Shown here: piece after piece, positions 22,901-37,900 of the stretch | How positions within the stretch are numbered: position 1 is the stretch's first letter | Layout: each line of letters begins with the position of its first letter | Assembly (NCBI GenBank): GCA_051294375.1 | Contig: JBJCIZ010000526.1 | Location: forward strand, 1-40,439 | Length of the DNA: 40,439 nucleotides | Direction: 5' to 3' | Source of the DNA: Paraspadella gotoi | Lineage: Eukaryota; Animalia; Chaetognatha | The notes under the pieces: generated by a model | What the model was told of the DNA's origin: nothing | What the model saw: the letters and a program-made list of their open reading frames with translations, nothing else | The model's database searches: none | Made by a program: the position numbers and the translations under genes

Positions 22901-25900
22901 TAAAAGAGATAAATAATTTCTAAAACACCGGAAAACCGATATTTTTCAAAGAAAAAGAAATAAAACGTTTAAATACTTCTGCAAAATAACATCATCGAGG
23001 TTCGTTAAAAAAAAAAAAAATTTGGGGTGAGACATGTTATTTTAAATATTCTTTTATCAAAACCAAAACAAATTTCCTCTCTTTATTTTTATGTCTCCTT
23101 CTCTCTTCTCTTTTCTTTCTTTAATTTTATGTTAGGCTTTCTCTCTACTCATCAATAGATAAAAACGTTAAATACACCAGAAAACGGACTTTTTCTTCGG
23201 TAAAAAGATATATGAAAACTTTAAAAAATAACAGAAAACGATTTTTTCCCAATGTAAAAAGAAATTAAAAACTTTCAAAAAAACGGCAAACGTTTTTTTC
23301 CAATGTTAAAAAGAGTTTAAAAAACACCGATAAACGAACTTTTCTAAAGTAAAAGTAATAAAAAACGTTAAATACACCGGCAGACGACATTTCCAAAGAT
23401 GATAACAACTTTAAAACAAAGAAAAACGCTTTTTCCAATGAAAAAGAGATAAAAAATTTTATAAAACACCGGTGAAAACGTATTTTTCAGAAAAGAATAA
23501 AACGTAAATACTTCTGCAAATAACGATCATCGAGGTTGTTAAAATTGACGTCAGGTGAGACAGTTGATTAAATATCATTTATCAAAACAAACCCAATTTT
23601 CCTCTCTTTTATTTTTATGTCTCCTTCTATCCTCTCTTTTTCTCTTTAATTTATGTAGCTTTCTCTCACTCTCAAAGATAAAAACTTAAACTACACCAGG
23701 AAAACGACTTTTTCTCTGTTAAAAAGATATGAAACTGTTTAAAAATAACAGAAAAACGATTTTTTTTCAATGGAAAAGAATAAAAACTTTAAAAAAAACG
23801 GGCAAACGTTTTTTTCAATTGTAAAAAAATATAAAAAAACACTGAAAATAAACGACTTTTTCTAAGTAAAAAAGTGATTAAAAAGGTTTTAAATTACAGA
23901 CGGCAGACGATATTTCCCAACAAAGAGATAAAACAACTTTAAAAACAAAGAAAAAACGCTTTGTCCAGGGTAAAAAGAGATTAAAAAATTCTAAACAACC
24001 GAAAGAAAACGAATATTTTCAAAGAAAAAAGAAATAAAAACGTTAAATACTTCTGCCATAATAACATCATCGAGGTTTGTTAAAATTGGGTGAGGACATT
24101 ATTAAAATATTCTTTTTATTTCAAAACAAACCAAATTTTCCTCTGCTTTATTTTTTATGTCTCCTTGCTTCTCTCTTTTCTCTTTAATTTTATGTAAGCA
24201 TATATCTCTTCAAACTCTTCATGATTAAAAACGTTAAATACACCAGAAAACGACTTTTTCTCGAAACAAAGATCATGAAAAGCTTTAAAAATAACAAGAA
24301 AACAATTTTTAATTCAATGTAAAAAGAAATAAAACTTTTAAAAAAAGGCAACGTTTTTTCCATGTAAAAAAATATAAAAAAAACACATAAACGACTTTTT
24401 CTAAAGATATAAAAGTGATAAAAAAGATATATAATACAGCGGCAGAAAAAAGGAAAAAAGGACGATATTTCCAAAGAGATAACAACTTTAAAACAAAGAA
24501 AAACGCTTTTATCCAATGTAAAAGAGATAAAAAATTCTAAAACACCGGAAAACAAGATATTTTCAAAGAAAAAGAAAGAAAAACGTTTAATTACTTCTGC
24601 AAAATAACATCATCAGGTTGTTTAAAATTGGGTTAGAGGACAGTTATTAAATATCTTTTTTATCAAAAACAAACAAAATTTCCTTTCTTTATTTTATATG
24701 TCATTCCTTCATACTCTCTCTTTTCTCTTTAATTTTATTAGTTTCTTCTCAAAACTCTCAATAGATAAAACGTTAAATTACACCAGGAAAACAGGACTTT
24801 TTCTCTGTTAAAAAGATATGGAAAAACTTTTAAAAATAACGAAAGCGATTTTTTCCAATGTTAAAAAGCAATAAAACTTTTAAAAAAACGGCAAACGTTT
24901 TTTCCAATGTAAAAATGAGTTAAAAACACTGAATAAAAACGGACTTTTTCTAAAAGGGTAAAAAGTGATAAAAAACGTTAATACAGCGGGCAGACGATAT
25001 TTCAAAAGAGATAACACTTAAAACAAGAAAAAACGCTTTTTCCAATGTAAAAGAGATAAAAAAGTTCTAAAAACACCGGAAAACGATATTTTCAAAGAAA
25101 AAAAGAATTAAAACGTTTAAATTACTTCTGCAAATACATCATTCGAGGTTGTTAAAATTGGGTGAGGACAGTTATTAAATATCTTTTTATCAAAACAAAC
25201 AATTTCCTCTCTTTTATTTTTGTCTCCTTCTCTCTCTCTTTTCTCTTTAATTTTATGTAGGCTTTGTCTCCACTCTCAAAAAGATAAAAACGTTAAATAC
25301 ACCAGAAAAACGACTTTTTCCTCTGTAAAAAGATATTGAAACTTTTAAAAATAACAGAAAAACGATTTTTTCCAATGTAAAAGAAATAAAACTTTAAAAA
25401 AAAACGCAAACGTTTTTTTCCAATGTAAAAAGAGTTTAAATAACACCGATAAACGACTTTTCTGAAAGTAAAAGTTAAAAACGTTTAAATACAGCGGCAG
25501 ACGATATTTCCAAAGAGATACAACTTTAAAAACAAAGCAAAAAACGCTTTTTCAATGTAAAAAAGAGATAAAAAATTTCTAAAACACCGGAAACGATATT
25601 TTCAAAGAAAAAAGAAATAAAACGTTTTTTAATTACTTCTGCAAATAACATCATCGAGGTTGTTAAAATTGGCGTTGAGACAGTTATTAAATATCTTTAT
25701 CAAAACAAACAAATTTCCTTTCTTTTTATTTTCTATGTCTCCTTCTGCTCTCTCTTTTCTCTTTGAATTTTAAGTAGCTTTCTGCTCACTCTCAATAGAT
25801 AAAGAACGTTAAATACACCATGAAAAAACGACTCTTTTCTCTGTAAAAAGATATGAAAACTTTAAAAATACAGGAAGCGATTTATTATCAATGTAAAAAG

Positions 25901-28900
25901 CAATAAAAACTTTTTAAAAAAAAACGGCAAACGTTTTTTTCAATGTAAAAAGAGTTAAGAACACTGATAAACGACTTCTTCTAAAGTAAAAGTGATAAAA
26001 ACGTTAAATACGCGGCAGACGATTTTCCAAAGAGATAACAACTTTAAAAAAACAAAGAAAAACGCTCTTTTCCAATGTAAAAAGAGATGAAAAAATTTTC
26101 TAAAACCCGGAAAACGATATTTTCAAGAAAAAAGGAAATAAAACGTTAAATACTTCTGCAAATAACATCATCGAGGGTTGTTAAATTGGGTGAGTACAGT
26201 TATTAAATATCTTTTTATCAAAACAAACAAATTTCCTCTCTTTTAATTTTTGTTCTTCTTCTCTCTCTCTTTTTCTCTTTAATTTTATGTAGCTCTCTGT
26301 CACTTCAAAAGATAAAAACGTTAAATACACCAGAAAACACTTTTCTCTGTTAAAAAAGATTATCTGAAAACTTTAAAAATAACAGAAAACGTTTTTCCAA
26401 TTAAAAAGAAATAAAACTTTTAAAAAAAACGGCAACGTTTTTTCAATGCTAAAAGAGTTAAAAAAACACCGTAAAAACGACTTTTTCTAAAGTAAAAAAG
26501 TGATAAAACGTTAAAGTACAGGCAGAGTATTTCCAAGGATAACAACTTTCAAAACAAAAGAAAACGCTTTTTCCAATGTAAAAAGAGATAAAAAATTTTC
26601 TAAAAACACCGGAAACGATTATTTTCAAAGAAAAAAGAAATAAAAACGTTAATACTTCTGCAAATAACATATGAGGTTGTTAAAATTGGGTGAGGACAGT
26701 TATAAATTATCTTTTTATCCAAAACAAAACAAATTTCCTCTCTTTTATTTTTATGTCTCCCTTCTCTCTCTTCTTTTCTCTTTAATTTTATGTAGCTTCT
26801 CTCACTCTCAAAAGATAAAAAAAACGTTTAAATACACCAGAAAACGACTTTTTCTCTGTAAAAAGATATGAAAAACTTTTAAAATAACGAAAAACGATTT
26901 TTCCAATTGTAAAAAAAATTAAAACTTTAAAAAACAGCAAACGTTTTTTCCAATGTAAAAAGAGTTAAAAACACCGCATAAACGACTTTTTTCTAAAGTA
27001 AAAAGTGCATAAAAACGTTAAATACAGCGTCGAGACGATATTCCAAAGAGTAACAACCTTAAAAAACAAAGGAAAAAACGCTTTTTCCAATGTAAAAAGA
27101 GATAAAAAATTTCTTAAAACACCGGAAACCGATTTTTCAAAGAAAAAATAGAAATAAAAACGTAAAATACTTCTGGGAAATTAACATCATCGAGGTTGTT
27201 AAATGGTGGTGAGGACAGTATTAAATTATCTTTTTATCAAAACAAACAAATTTCCTTTGCTTTATTTTTATGTCTCCCTTCTCTTCTCTCTTTTCTCTTT
27301 AATTTTTGTAGCTTTCTCTCACTGTCTCAAAAGGATAAAACGTTAAATACACAGAAGGAAAACGACTTTTTCTCTGTTAAAAAGATATGAAAACTTTAAA
27401 AAATAACCAGAAAACGATTTTTTCAATTAAAAAGAAATAAAAAAAAATTAAAAAAAAAACCGGGCAAACTTTTTCCATAATAGAAAAACGATGTTAAAAA
27501 AAAACCCCGATAAACGACCTTTTCAAAGTAAAAAGTAAATAAAAAATGTTAAATACACCGGCTGACGATATTCCAAAAGAGATTAACAACTTTTATTTTT
27601 TTAAAACAAAGAAAAAACGCTTATTTCAATGTAAAAAGAGATAAAAAATTTCTATTTTTAAAAAACCGGGGCCAGCGGGGGGGGCGTTTGCGGGGAAAAC
27701 GATATTTTTGTCAAAAAAAGAAATAAAAACGTTAAATAACTTCTGGCACAAAATAACATCATCGATGTTGTTAAAATTGGGTGAGTCGAACAGTATTAAT
27801 ATCCTTTTTTTATCAAAACAAACAAATTTCCTTCTCTTTTATTTTTTCGTCTCCTTTCTCTCTCTCTTTTCTCTTTAATTTATGTAGCTTTCTCTCACTC
27901 TGCAAAAGATATTTAATAAACGTAATACAACCAAAGAAACGACCTTTTCATCTCGTGCTAAAAAAGATATTGGAAACTTTAAAAATAACAGGACAAACGA
28001 TTTTTTCCAAGTAAATTTAAAAAAAGAAAAAAAAACTTGTTTACAAAAAAAAAAAGAAAAAAACGGCAAACGTTTTCCAATGAAAAAATGAGTTAAAAAA
28101 ACACCCGATAAAACGACTTTTCTTAAAGTTAATAAATAAAAGTAGATAAAACGTTAATACACGCGGCAGACGATTATTCCAAAGAGATAACAACTTTTTT
28201 GAAAAAACAAGAAAAAAAGAAAAAACGCTTTTTCCATGTAAAATAGATTAAAAAAAAAATTGGTTGTTCTGTTGTGGAAAACACCGGAGAACGAAAACGA
28301 TATTTTTCAAAGAGAAAAAAAAGAAACTAAAAACGTTAAATACTTCTGCAAAATAACATCATCGAGGTTTGTTAAAATGGGGTGAGGACAGATTATTAAA
28401 ATATCTTTTTATCAAAACAAACAAATTTCCTCTCTTTTATTTTTCTGTTCCCTTCTCTCTCTCTTTTCTCTTTTAATTTTATGTAGCTTTCTCTCACTCT
28501 CAATATTTATCAGATTTAAAAAACCGTTAAAGTACAGCGACGGGAAGATCTCCTTGTTTATTCTTTTTTTTCTTGTATAAAAAGATATGAAAACTATTTA
28601 AAATACATGAAACGATTTTTTTCAATGTAAAAAGATAATAAAAACTTAAAAAAAAAAAAGGCAAACGTTTTTTCCAATGTTAAAAAAAGATACACCGAAA
28701 TAAACGACTTTTCTAAGGTAAAAAGTAGATAAAAACGTTAAATACACCGGCAGAGACGATATTTTCAAAAGCGTATAACAACTTTAAAACAAAGAGAAAA
28801 AACGCTTTTGTTCTAATTGTAAAAAGAGATAAAAAATTCTTCATTAAACACACGGGGCCGGTGAAAAACGATATTTTCAAGAAAAAAGAAATAAAAACGT

Positions 28901-31900
28901 TTAAAACTTTGCAAAAACATCTTATCGACGGTATGTTAAAATTGGGACACGGTGACTGAGGACAGTTATTAAAATATCTTTTTATCAACAACAAACAAAT
29001 TTCCTTCTCTTTTATTTTATGTCTCCTTCTCTCTCTCTTTTCTTCTTTAAGTTTTAGTTAGGTAGGCTTCTCTCTCACTCTCAATAAGCATAAAAAACCG
29101 TTAAATACACCAGAAAAACGACTTTTTCTCTGTAAAGAATACTGAAAACTTTAAAAATAACAGAAAACGATTTTTCCAATGTAAATAAAAAATAACTTAA
29201 AAAAAAACGTGCAACGTTTTTCCAATGTAAAAAAAACGTTAAAAAACACCAACGTAAACAGACTTTTCTAAAGTAAAAGGTAGATTAAAAACTTAATACA
29301 CGCGGCAGACGATATTTCCAAAGAGATAACAACTTATAAAAACAAAAAACGCTTTTCCAAATGTAAAAAGCAGATAATAAAATTTCTTAAAACACCGGAA
29401 AACGATATTTTCAAAGAAAAAAGCAAATAAAAACGTTCAAATACTTTCGTGCAAATAACATCATCGAGTTGTTAAAATTGCGGTTGAGGACAGTATTAAA
29501 ATATTCTTATTATTCAAAACAAACAAATTTCCTCTCTTTATTTTTATCGTCTCCTTTCTCTCTCTCTTTTTCTTCTTTAATTTTATGTAGCTTTCTTCTC
29601 ACTTCAAAGATATAAAACGTTAAATACACCAGAAAACGACTATTATTCTCTGTTTAAAAAGATATGGAAAACTTTTAAAAAATACAGAAAACAGTATTTT
29701 TTTTCCAATGTAAAAGAAATAAAAACTTAAAAAAAAAACCGCAAACGTTTTTCACATGTTAAAAAGAGTTAAAAAACACCGATAAACGCACTTTTCTAAA
29801 GTAAAAAAGCTTTTGATTTAAAAAACGTTAAATACAGCAGGCAGACGATATTTCCAAAGATAGATAACAACTTTAAAAACACCAAGAAAAAACGCCTTTT
29901 ATCCAATGTGTAAAAAAGAGATAAAAATATTTCTAAACACCGGAAAACGATATTTTTAAAGAAAAAAGAAATATAAAAGTTAAAATACTCTGCACTAATA
30001 ACATCATCGATGTTGTTAAAAGCTTGGTTGAGGTCAGTTATTAATAATATCTTCTTTATCAAAACAAACAATTTTCCTCTTCTTTATATTTTTATGTCTT
30101 CCTTTCTCTCTTCTTTTCTTCTTAATTTTTTGTAGCTTTCTCTCACTCTCAAGATAAATAAACGTTTAAATAACCGCAGAAACGAACTTTTTCCTGGTAA
30201 AAAAGATATGAAACTTTAAAAATAACCGAGAAAACGAATTTTCCAATGAAAAAGAAATAAAAAACTTAAAACAAAACGGCCAAACGTTTTTCAATGTAAA
30301 AAGGAAGTTATAAAAAACACCGATAAACGACTTTTCTAAGGAATAAAAAAAGTAAGTAATAAGTGTTAAGATACATCTCGGCAGACGACTATTTCCAAGA
30401 GAATCGGATAACAAATTTAAAAACAAAGAAAAATGCTTTTTCCATGTAAAAAGAGATAAAACATTTCTAAAACACGGGAAACGATATTTTCAAAGAAAAA
30501 AGAAATCAAACGTTTAAATACTTCTGGCAAATAACATCATCGAGGTTGTTAAAATGGGTGAGGGACAGTTATTAAAATATCTTTTATCCAAAACAAACAA
30601 ATTTCCTCTTCTTTATTTTTATGTCTCCTTCTCTCTCTCTTTTCTCTTTAATTTTATGTAGCTTTCCTCACTCTCAAAAAGATAAAAACGTATAATACAC
30701 CAGGAAAACGGACTTTTTCTCTGTAAAAAAGATATGAAAACTTTATAAAATAACAGAAAACGATTTTTTCAATGTAAAAAGAAATAAAAACTTTAAAAAA
30801 AAACGGCAAACGTTTTTTCACAGATTCGTAAAAAATTATAAAAAACCAACCGATAAACGACTTTCTTAAAGCTAAAAAGTTAATAAAAACGTTAAAATAC
30901 AGCGGCAGACGATATTTCCAAAGAAGATAACAACTTTAAAAACAAAGAAAAACGCTTTTTTCCAATGTTTAAAAAGAGATAAAAAATTTCTTTAAAACCG
31001 GAAAAACGATATTTTCAAAGAAAAAGAAATAAAAACGTTAAATACTTTCTGCAAAATAACATCATCGAGGTTGGTTAAAATCTGGGTTGAGGGCAGTTAT
31101 TAATATCTTTTTATCAAAACAACAAATTTCCTCTCTTTTATTTTTGATGTCTCTCTATACTTCCTCTTCTCTATTTTGTAGCTTTTCTCTCTCAATAAAA
31201 CGATACAGAAAGATTCTGTAAATATGAATTTTAAATAACAGACGATTTTTCAGAAAATAACTTTAAAAACCAACTTTCAGAAGTAAACACCGCATAAGTT
31301 TAAGTAATGAAACATAACCAGACGTTTCAAAGAATCATTTAAAACGCTTCATTAAAAGCTTAACACCGAAACAATTTTTTAAAAGAAAAGAAATTAAAAA
31401 ACGTTAAATACTTTGGCAAATAACATTCATCCGAGTGTTCGTTAAATGGGTGAGGACAGTTATTAAATATCTTTTTATCAAAAACAAACAATTTACCTCT
31501 CTTTTATTTTTATGTCTCCTTCCTACTCTCTTTTCATCTTTTAATTTATGTAGGCGTTTCTCTCACTCTCAATAGATAAAACGTTTAAATTACACCAGAA
31601 AACGACTTTTTCTCTAAAAAGATATGAAAACCTTTAAAAATAACCATGAAAACGATTTTTCCAATGTAAAAAGAAATAAAAATTTAAAAAAAACGGCAAA
31701 CGTTTTTTCCAATGTAAAAGAGTTAAAAAAACACCGATAAACGACTTTCTAAAGTAAAAAGCAATTAAGTAAAACTGTTAAATACACCGGCAGACGAATT
31801 TCCAAAGAGATAACAACTTTAACAAAAAACTTCCGAAACGGTAAAAATTTTAACAAACGATATTTCAGAAAGAACGTTAATTACTTCAAAAACATATGTG

Positions 31901-34900
31901 TTAAAAATGAGGTATAAATATCTTTTTATCACAAAACAAACAAATTTCCTCTCTTTTATTTTTTATGTCTTCCTTCTCTCTCTCTTTCTCTTTAATTTGT
32001 TATGTAGCTTTCTCTCCTCTCCAATAAGATAAAAACGTTAAAATACACCAGAAAACGACTTTTTCTGCTGCTAAAAAAGTATGAAACTTTAAAAATAACA
32101 GAAATCGATTTTTCAATGTAAAATAGAAATTAACAAACTTTTAAAAAAAACGGCAAACGGTTTTTTCCAATGTAAAAATATAAACAACCGATGTAAACGA
32201 GCTTTTTCTAAAGTTAAAAAGTGATAAAACGTTAAATACAGCGGCAGACGCATATTTCCAAAGAGATAACAACTTTTAAAACAAAGAAAAACGCTTTTTC
32301 CAATGTAAAAAGAGATTAAAAAATTTTCTAAAACCGGAAAACGATGATTTTCAAAGTTAAAAAAAAAGATATAAAAACGTTAAATACTCTGCAAATAAAT
32401 CATCGAGGTTGTTAAAATTGGGTGAGGACAGTTATTAAATTATCTTTTTATCAAAACAAACAAATTTCCTCTCTTTTATTTTTATGAATCATACCTAATC
32501 ATCTCTATCATTTTCTCTTTAATTTTATGTAGCTTTCTTCTGCACTCTCAAAGAAAACGTATACACAGAAAACGTTTCTTAAAAAGAATATATACTAAAT
32601 ACCAGAAAACGTTCATGTAGATAAAATTTCTAAACGGTCAAACGTTTTTTTCCAATGTAAAAAAAGATGTAAAAAAACACTGATAACGACCTTCTCTAAA
32701 GTTAAAAAGCTAATTAAAAAGTTTAAATACACCGCAGCGATATTTCCAAAGAGGATAACACTTTAAAACAAAGAAAAACGCTTTTTCCAATGCTAAAAAG
32801 AGATTAAAAAATTTCATAAAACACCGGAAAACGATATTTCAAAGAAAAAAGAAATTAAAAACGTTAAAAACTTTCTGCAAATAACATCATCGAGGTTGTT
32901 AAAATTGGGTGAGGACAGTTATTAAATATTTTTTATCAAAACAAACAATTTTCCTTCTCTTTTATTTTTATGTCTCTCTTCTCTCTCTCTTTTCTCTTTA
33001 ATTTTATGTAGCTTCTCTCACTCTCCAAAAAGATTAAAAACGTTAATACACCAGAAAACCGACTTTTCTCTGTAAAAAGCATATGAAATAACTTAAAAAT
33101 ACAGAAAACGATTTTTTCCAATGTAAAAAGAAGTAAAAACTTTAAAAAAAACGGCAAACGTTTTTTTCCAATGTTAAAAAAGAGTTAAAAAGAACCCGAT
33201 AAAACGGACTTTTCTGAAAGTAAAAAGTAATAAAAAGTATAAATATCACCAGCGCAGACGGATCATTTTCAAAGAGTATAACAACTTTAAAAACAAAGAA
33301 AAACGCGTTTTTCCAATGTAAAAAGGAGATAAAAAATTTCTAAAAACACCGGAAAACGATATTTTCAAAAAAAAGAAATAAAACGTTAAATACTTCTGCA
33401 AATAATACATCATCGAGTTGTTAAAATGGCGGGTGAGGACAGTTTATTAAATATCCTTTTTTATCAAAACAAACAAATTCCTCTCTTTTATTTTAGCGTC
33501 TCCTTCTCTCTCTTTTTCTCATTTAATTTTATGTAGGCTTCTCTCATCTCTCAAAAGATAACCACGTTAAATACACCAGAAGAAACGACTTTTTTCTCTG
33601 TAAAAAGATATGAAAACTTAAAAATAACAGGAAACGATTTTTTCCAATGTAAAAAAGAAAAAAAAACTTTAAAAAAAAACGGCCAAACGTTTTTTCCAAT
33701 GTAAAAGAGTTAACAAAAACACCGAACATAAACGACTTTTCTAAAGTAAAAAGTATAAAACCGTTAAAACAGCTGCGCAGACGATCATTCCAAAAGATAA
33801 CACTTTAAACCAAAAAAAAGAAAAACGCTTTTTCCAATGTAAAAAGAGATAAAAAATTTTCAAAACATCCCAAGCGATAAAACGATATTTTTCCAAAGAA
33901 AAAAGAAATAAAACGTTAAATACTTCTGCAAATAACATCATCGAGGGTTAAATTGAGCGGTATGAGGACAGTTTATAAAATATCCTTTTTATCAAAACAA
34001 ACAAATTCCTCTCTTTATTTATTATGTCTTCCTTCTCTCCTCTCTTTTTTCTTTAATTTTTATGTAGCTTCTCTCACTCTCAAAGCATAAAAACGTTAAT
34101 ACAACCATGAAAACGACTTTTCTCTGTAAAAAGATATGAAAACTTTAAAAATAACAGAAAACGATTTTTTCCAATGTAAAAAGAAATAAAAAACTTAAAA
34201 AAAACGGCAAACGTTTTTTTCCAGATTGTAAAAAAAGTATAAAAAAAACACCGATAACGGACTTTTCTAAAGTAAAAAGTAATTAAAAACGTTAAATAAA
34301 CCGGCAGACGATATTTCAAAGAGGATAAACACTTAAAAAACAAAAAAAAAACGCTCTTACCAATGTAAAAAGAGATAAAAAAATTTCTAAAACACCGGGA
34401 AAACGATATTTTCAAAAGAAAAAGACAAAAAACTTAAATACTTCTGCAAATAACATCGGAGGTTGTTAAAATTGGGTTGAGGACAGTTATTAAATAATCC
34501 TTTTTGATCAAAACAAACAATTTTCTCCTCTTCTGTTTATTTTTATTTCTCCTTCTCTCTTCTTTTCTCGTTTAATTTTATGTAGCTTTTTCTCTCACTC
34601 TCAATAGATAAAAAACGTTAAATACACCAGAAAACCGACTTTTTCTCTGTTAAAAAGATATTGAAAACTTTAAAATAACAGACGAAAACGATTTTTTTAC
34701 AATGTAAAAGAAATAAAAACTTAAAAAAAAACGGGCAAACGTTTTTTTCCAAATTGTATTAAAAAAGATTAAAAAAACACCATAAAACGACTTTTCTAAA
34801 GTAAAAAAGTTAATAAAATGTTAAATACCCAGCGGCAGACGATATTTCCAAAGATGATAACAACTTTTAAAAACAAAGAAAACGCTTTTTTCCAATGTAA

Positions 34901-37900
34901 AAGAGTATAAAAAAATATCTAAAACACTCGGAACGATACGTTTTACAAGAAAAAAGGAAATAAAACGTTAAATACTTCTGCAAAAATACATCATCGAGAG
35001 TTGTTAAATTGGGTTGAGGCAGTTATTAAATATCTTTTTTATCAAAACAAACAAATTTCCTCTCTTTATTTTTATGTCTCTTTCTCTCTCTCTTTTCTCT
35101 TTTAATTTATGGCTTTCTCTCAACTCTCAATAGATAAAAACGTTAAATACCCAGAGAAACGACTTTTCTCTGTAAAAAGATATGAAAACTTTAAAAAATA
35201 ACGAGGGAAAACGATTTTTTCCAATGTAAAAAGAAATAAAAAACTTAAAAAAAAAAACGGCAAACGGTTTTCCAATGTTAAAAAGAGTTAAAAAACCACC
35301 GATATAAACGACTTTTCTAAAGTAAAAAGTAATAAAAACGTTAATTACACCTGGCAGACGGACATTTTCCAGAAAGAGATAACAATTTTAAAACAAAGAG
35401 AAAACGCTCTTTTCAATGTAATAAAAGATAAAAAATTTTCTAAAAACACCGGCGAGAAAACGATATTTTTCAAGAAAAAACGGAAATAAAAAACGTTAAA
35501 TACTTCTGCAATAACATCATCGAGGTTGTTAAAATGTGGTGAGCGACAGTTTATTAATATATCTTTTTATACAAAACAAACAAATTTCCTCTCTTTTACT
35601 TTTATGTCTCCTCTCTCTCTCTTTTCTTCTTAATTTTATGTGAGCTTTCTCTAACATCTCAAAAGATAAAATACGTTAAATAGCACACAGGAAAACGACT
35701 TTTTCTCTGTAAAAAGATATGAAAACTTTAAAAATACAGAAAACGATTTTTTCCATGTAAAAGAAAATAAAAACTTTTAAAAAAAAAACGCGCAAACGTT
35801 TTTTCCAAATTGTAAAAGAGTTAAAAAACACCGATAAACACTTTGCTAAAGTAAAAAAGTGATAAAAACGTTAAATACAGCCGGCAGGACGATATTGTCC
35901 AAGAGATAACCAACTTTAAAAAAAGAAGAAAAACGCTTTTTTCCAATGTAAAAGAGATAAAAATTTTCTAAAACACCGGGAAAACGATATTTTTCAAAAG
36001 AAAAAAGAAATAAAAACGTTATTAATACTTCTGCCAAATAACCATCATCGAGGTTGTTAAAATTGAGGTGGGACAGTCTATTAAATATCATTTTTACAAA
36101 AACAAGACAAATTTCCTCTCTTTTATTTTTATGGTCTCCTTACATCTCCTCTCTTTTCTCTTTAATTTTTATTGTAGCTTTCTCTCATCTCATATGATAA
36201 ATAAACGTTAAATACAACCAGAAAAACGACTTTTTTCTTCTTAAAAAGATATATGAAAACTTTTAAAAAATAACAGAAAACGATTTTTTTCCAAATTGTA
36301 CAAAGAAATAAAAACTTTTTTAAAAAAAACGGCAAAGTTTTTTCCAATGTAAAAAGAGTTAAAAAAACACCGATAAACGACTTTTCTAAAGTAAAACAGT
36401 AATAAAATGTTAAATTACACCGGCAGACGATATTTCCAAAGACGATAAACAACTTTTAAAAAACAAAGAAAACGGCTTTTTCCAATGTAAAAGAGATAAA
36501 AAATTTCTAAACGACGTGAAAACGATTTATTTCAAGAAAAAAAGAAATAAAAACGTTAAAATTACTTCTGCCAAAATAACATCATCGAGGTTTGTTAAAT
36601 TGAGGTGAGGACAGTTATTAACTATATTTTTTATCAAAACAAACAAATTTCCTCTCTTTTATTTTTATGTCTCCTTTCTCTCTTCTCTTATTTATTTGCT
36701 ACTCATACGCGCAGATCGCTGTCCCTATTGTAGCTTTCTCTCACTCTCAAGAACATAAAACGTTAAATACACCAGAAAACGAGCCTTTTTCTTCTGCTAA
36801 AAAGATATTATAAACTTTAAAAATAACGAGAAACACGATTTTTCCATGCTAAAAAGAAATAAAAACTTTAAAAAAACGTGCAAACGTTTTTCCCAATGTA
36901 AAACAAAGTTAAAAAAACACTCGATAAAACGACTCTTTGCTAGAAGTAAAAAAGCTGATAAAAACATTAAATACAGCGGCAGGACGATATTTCCAAAGAC
37001 AGATAACAACTGTTAAAACAAAGAAAAAACGCTTCTTTCCATGTAAAAAGAGATAAAAAAATTTCTAACACCGGCGAAAACCATAGTTTTCGAAGAAAAA
37101 AGAAGATACTAAAAACGTTAAATACTTCTGCAAATTAACATCATCGAGGTTGTTAAAATTGGGAGGACAGTGGTATATTAAATATCTTTTTATCAAAACA
37201 AACAAATTTCCTCTTTTTATTTTTATTTGTCTCCTTCCTCTTCTCTCTTTTCTCTTTAATTTTATGTAGGCTTTCTATCCACTCTCAATAATAAAAACGT
37301 TAAAATACACCAGGAAAACGAACTTTTTTCTGTAAAAAGATATGGAAAAACCTATTAAAAATAACAGAAAACGATTTTTCCAATTGTAAAAAGAATAAAA
37401 AATCTTAAAAAAAACGGCAAACGTTTTTCCAATGTAAAAAGAGTTAAAAACACCGATAAACGACTTTTCTAAAGTAAAAAGTAATAAAAATGCTTAAATA
37501 CACCGGCAGGACGATATTTTCCAAAAGAGATAAAACTTTAAAAACAAAGAAAAACGCTTTTTCCAAATGTAAAAAGAGATAAAAATTTCTAAAACACCGT
37601 GGAAAACGATATTTTCAAAGAAAAAGAAATAATACCAAACGTTAAATACTTTCTGCAATAACATCATCGAGGTTGTTAAAATTGGCGTGAGGACAGTTAT
37701 TTAAATTTCTTTTTATCAAAACAACAAATTTCTCTCTTTTATTTTCTATGTCTCCTTGCGCTCTCTCTTTTCTTCTTTATTTGTTGTAGGCTTTCTCGCA
37801 CTCTCAAAAGATAAAACGTTAATACACCAGGAAACGACTTTTTTCTGTAAAAGATATGAAAACTTTTAAAAATAACAGAAAACGATTTTTCCAATGTATA

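Noticed and set aside
27665-27697. GC-rich or odd inserts in single monomers (also ~28260, 28535, 36695)
   Set aside because: Singletons in visibly noisy stretches with no TSD; most likely read-error bursts.
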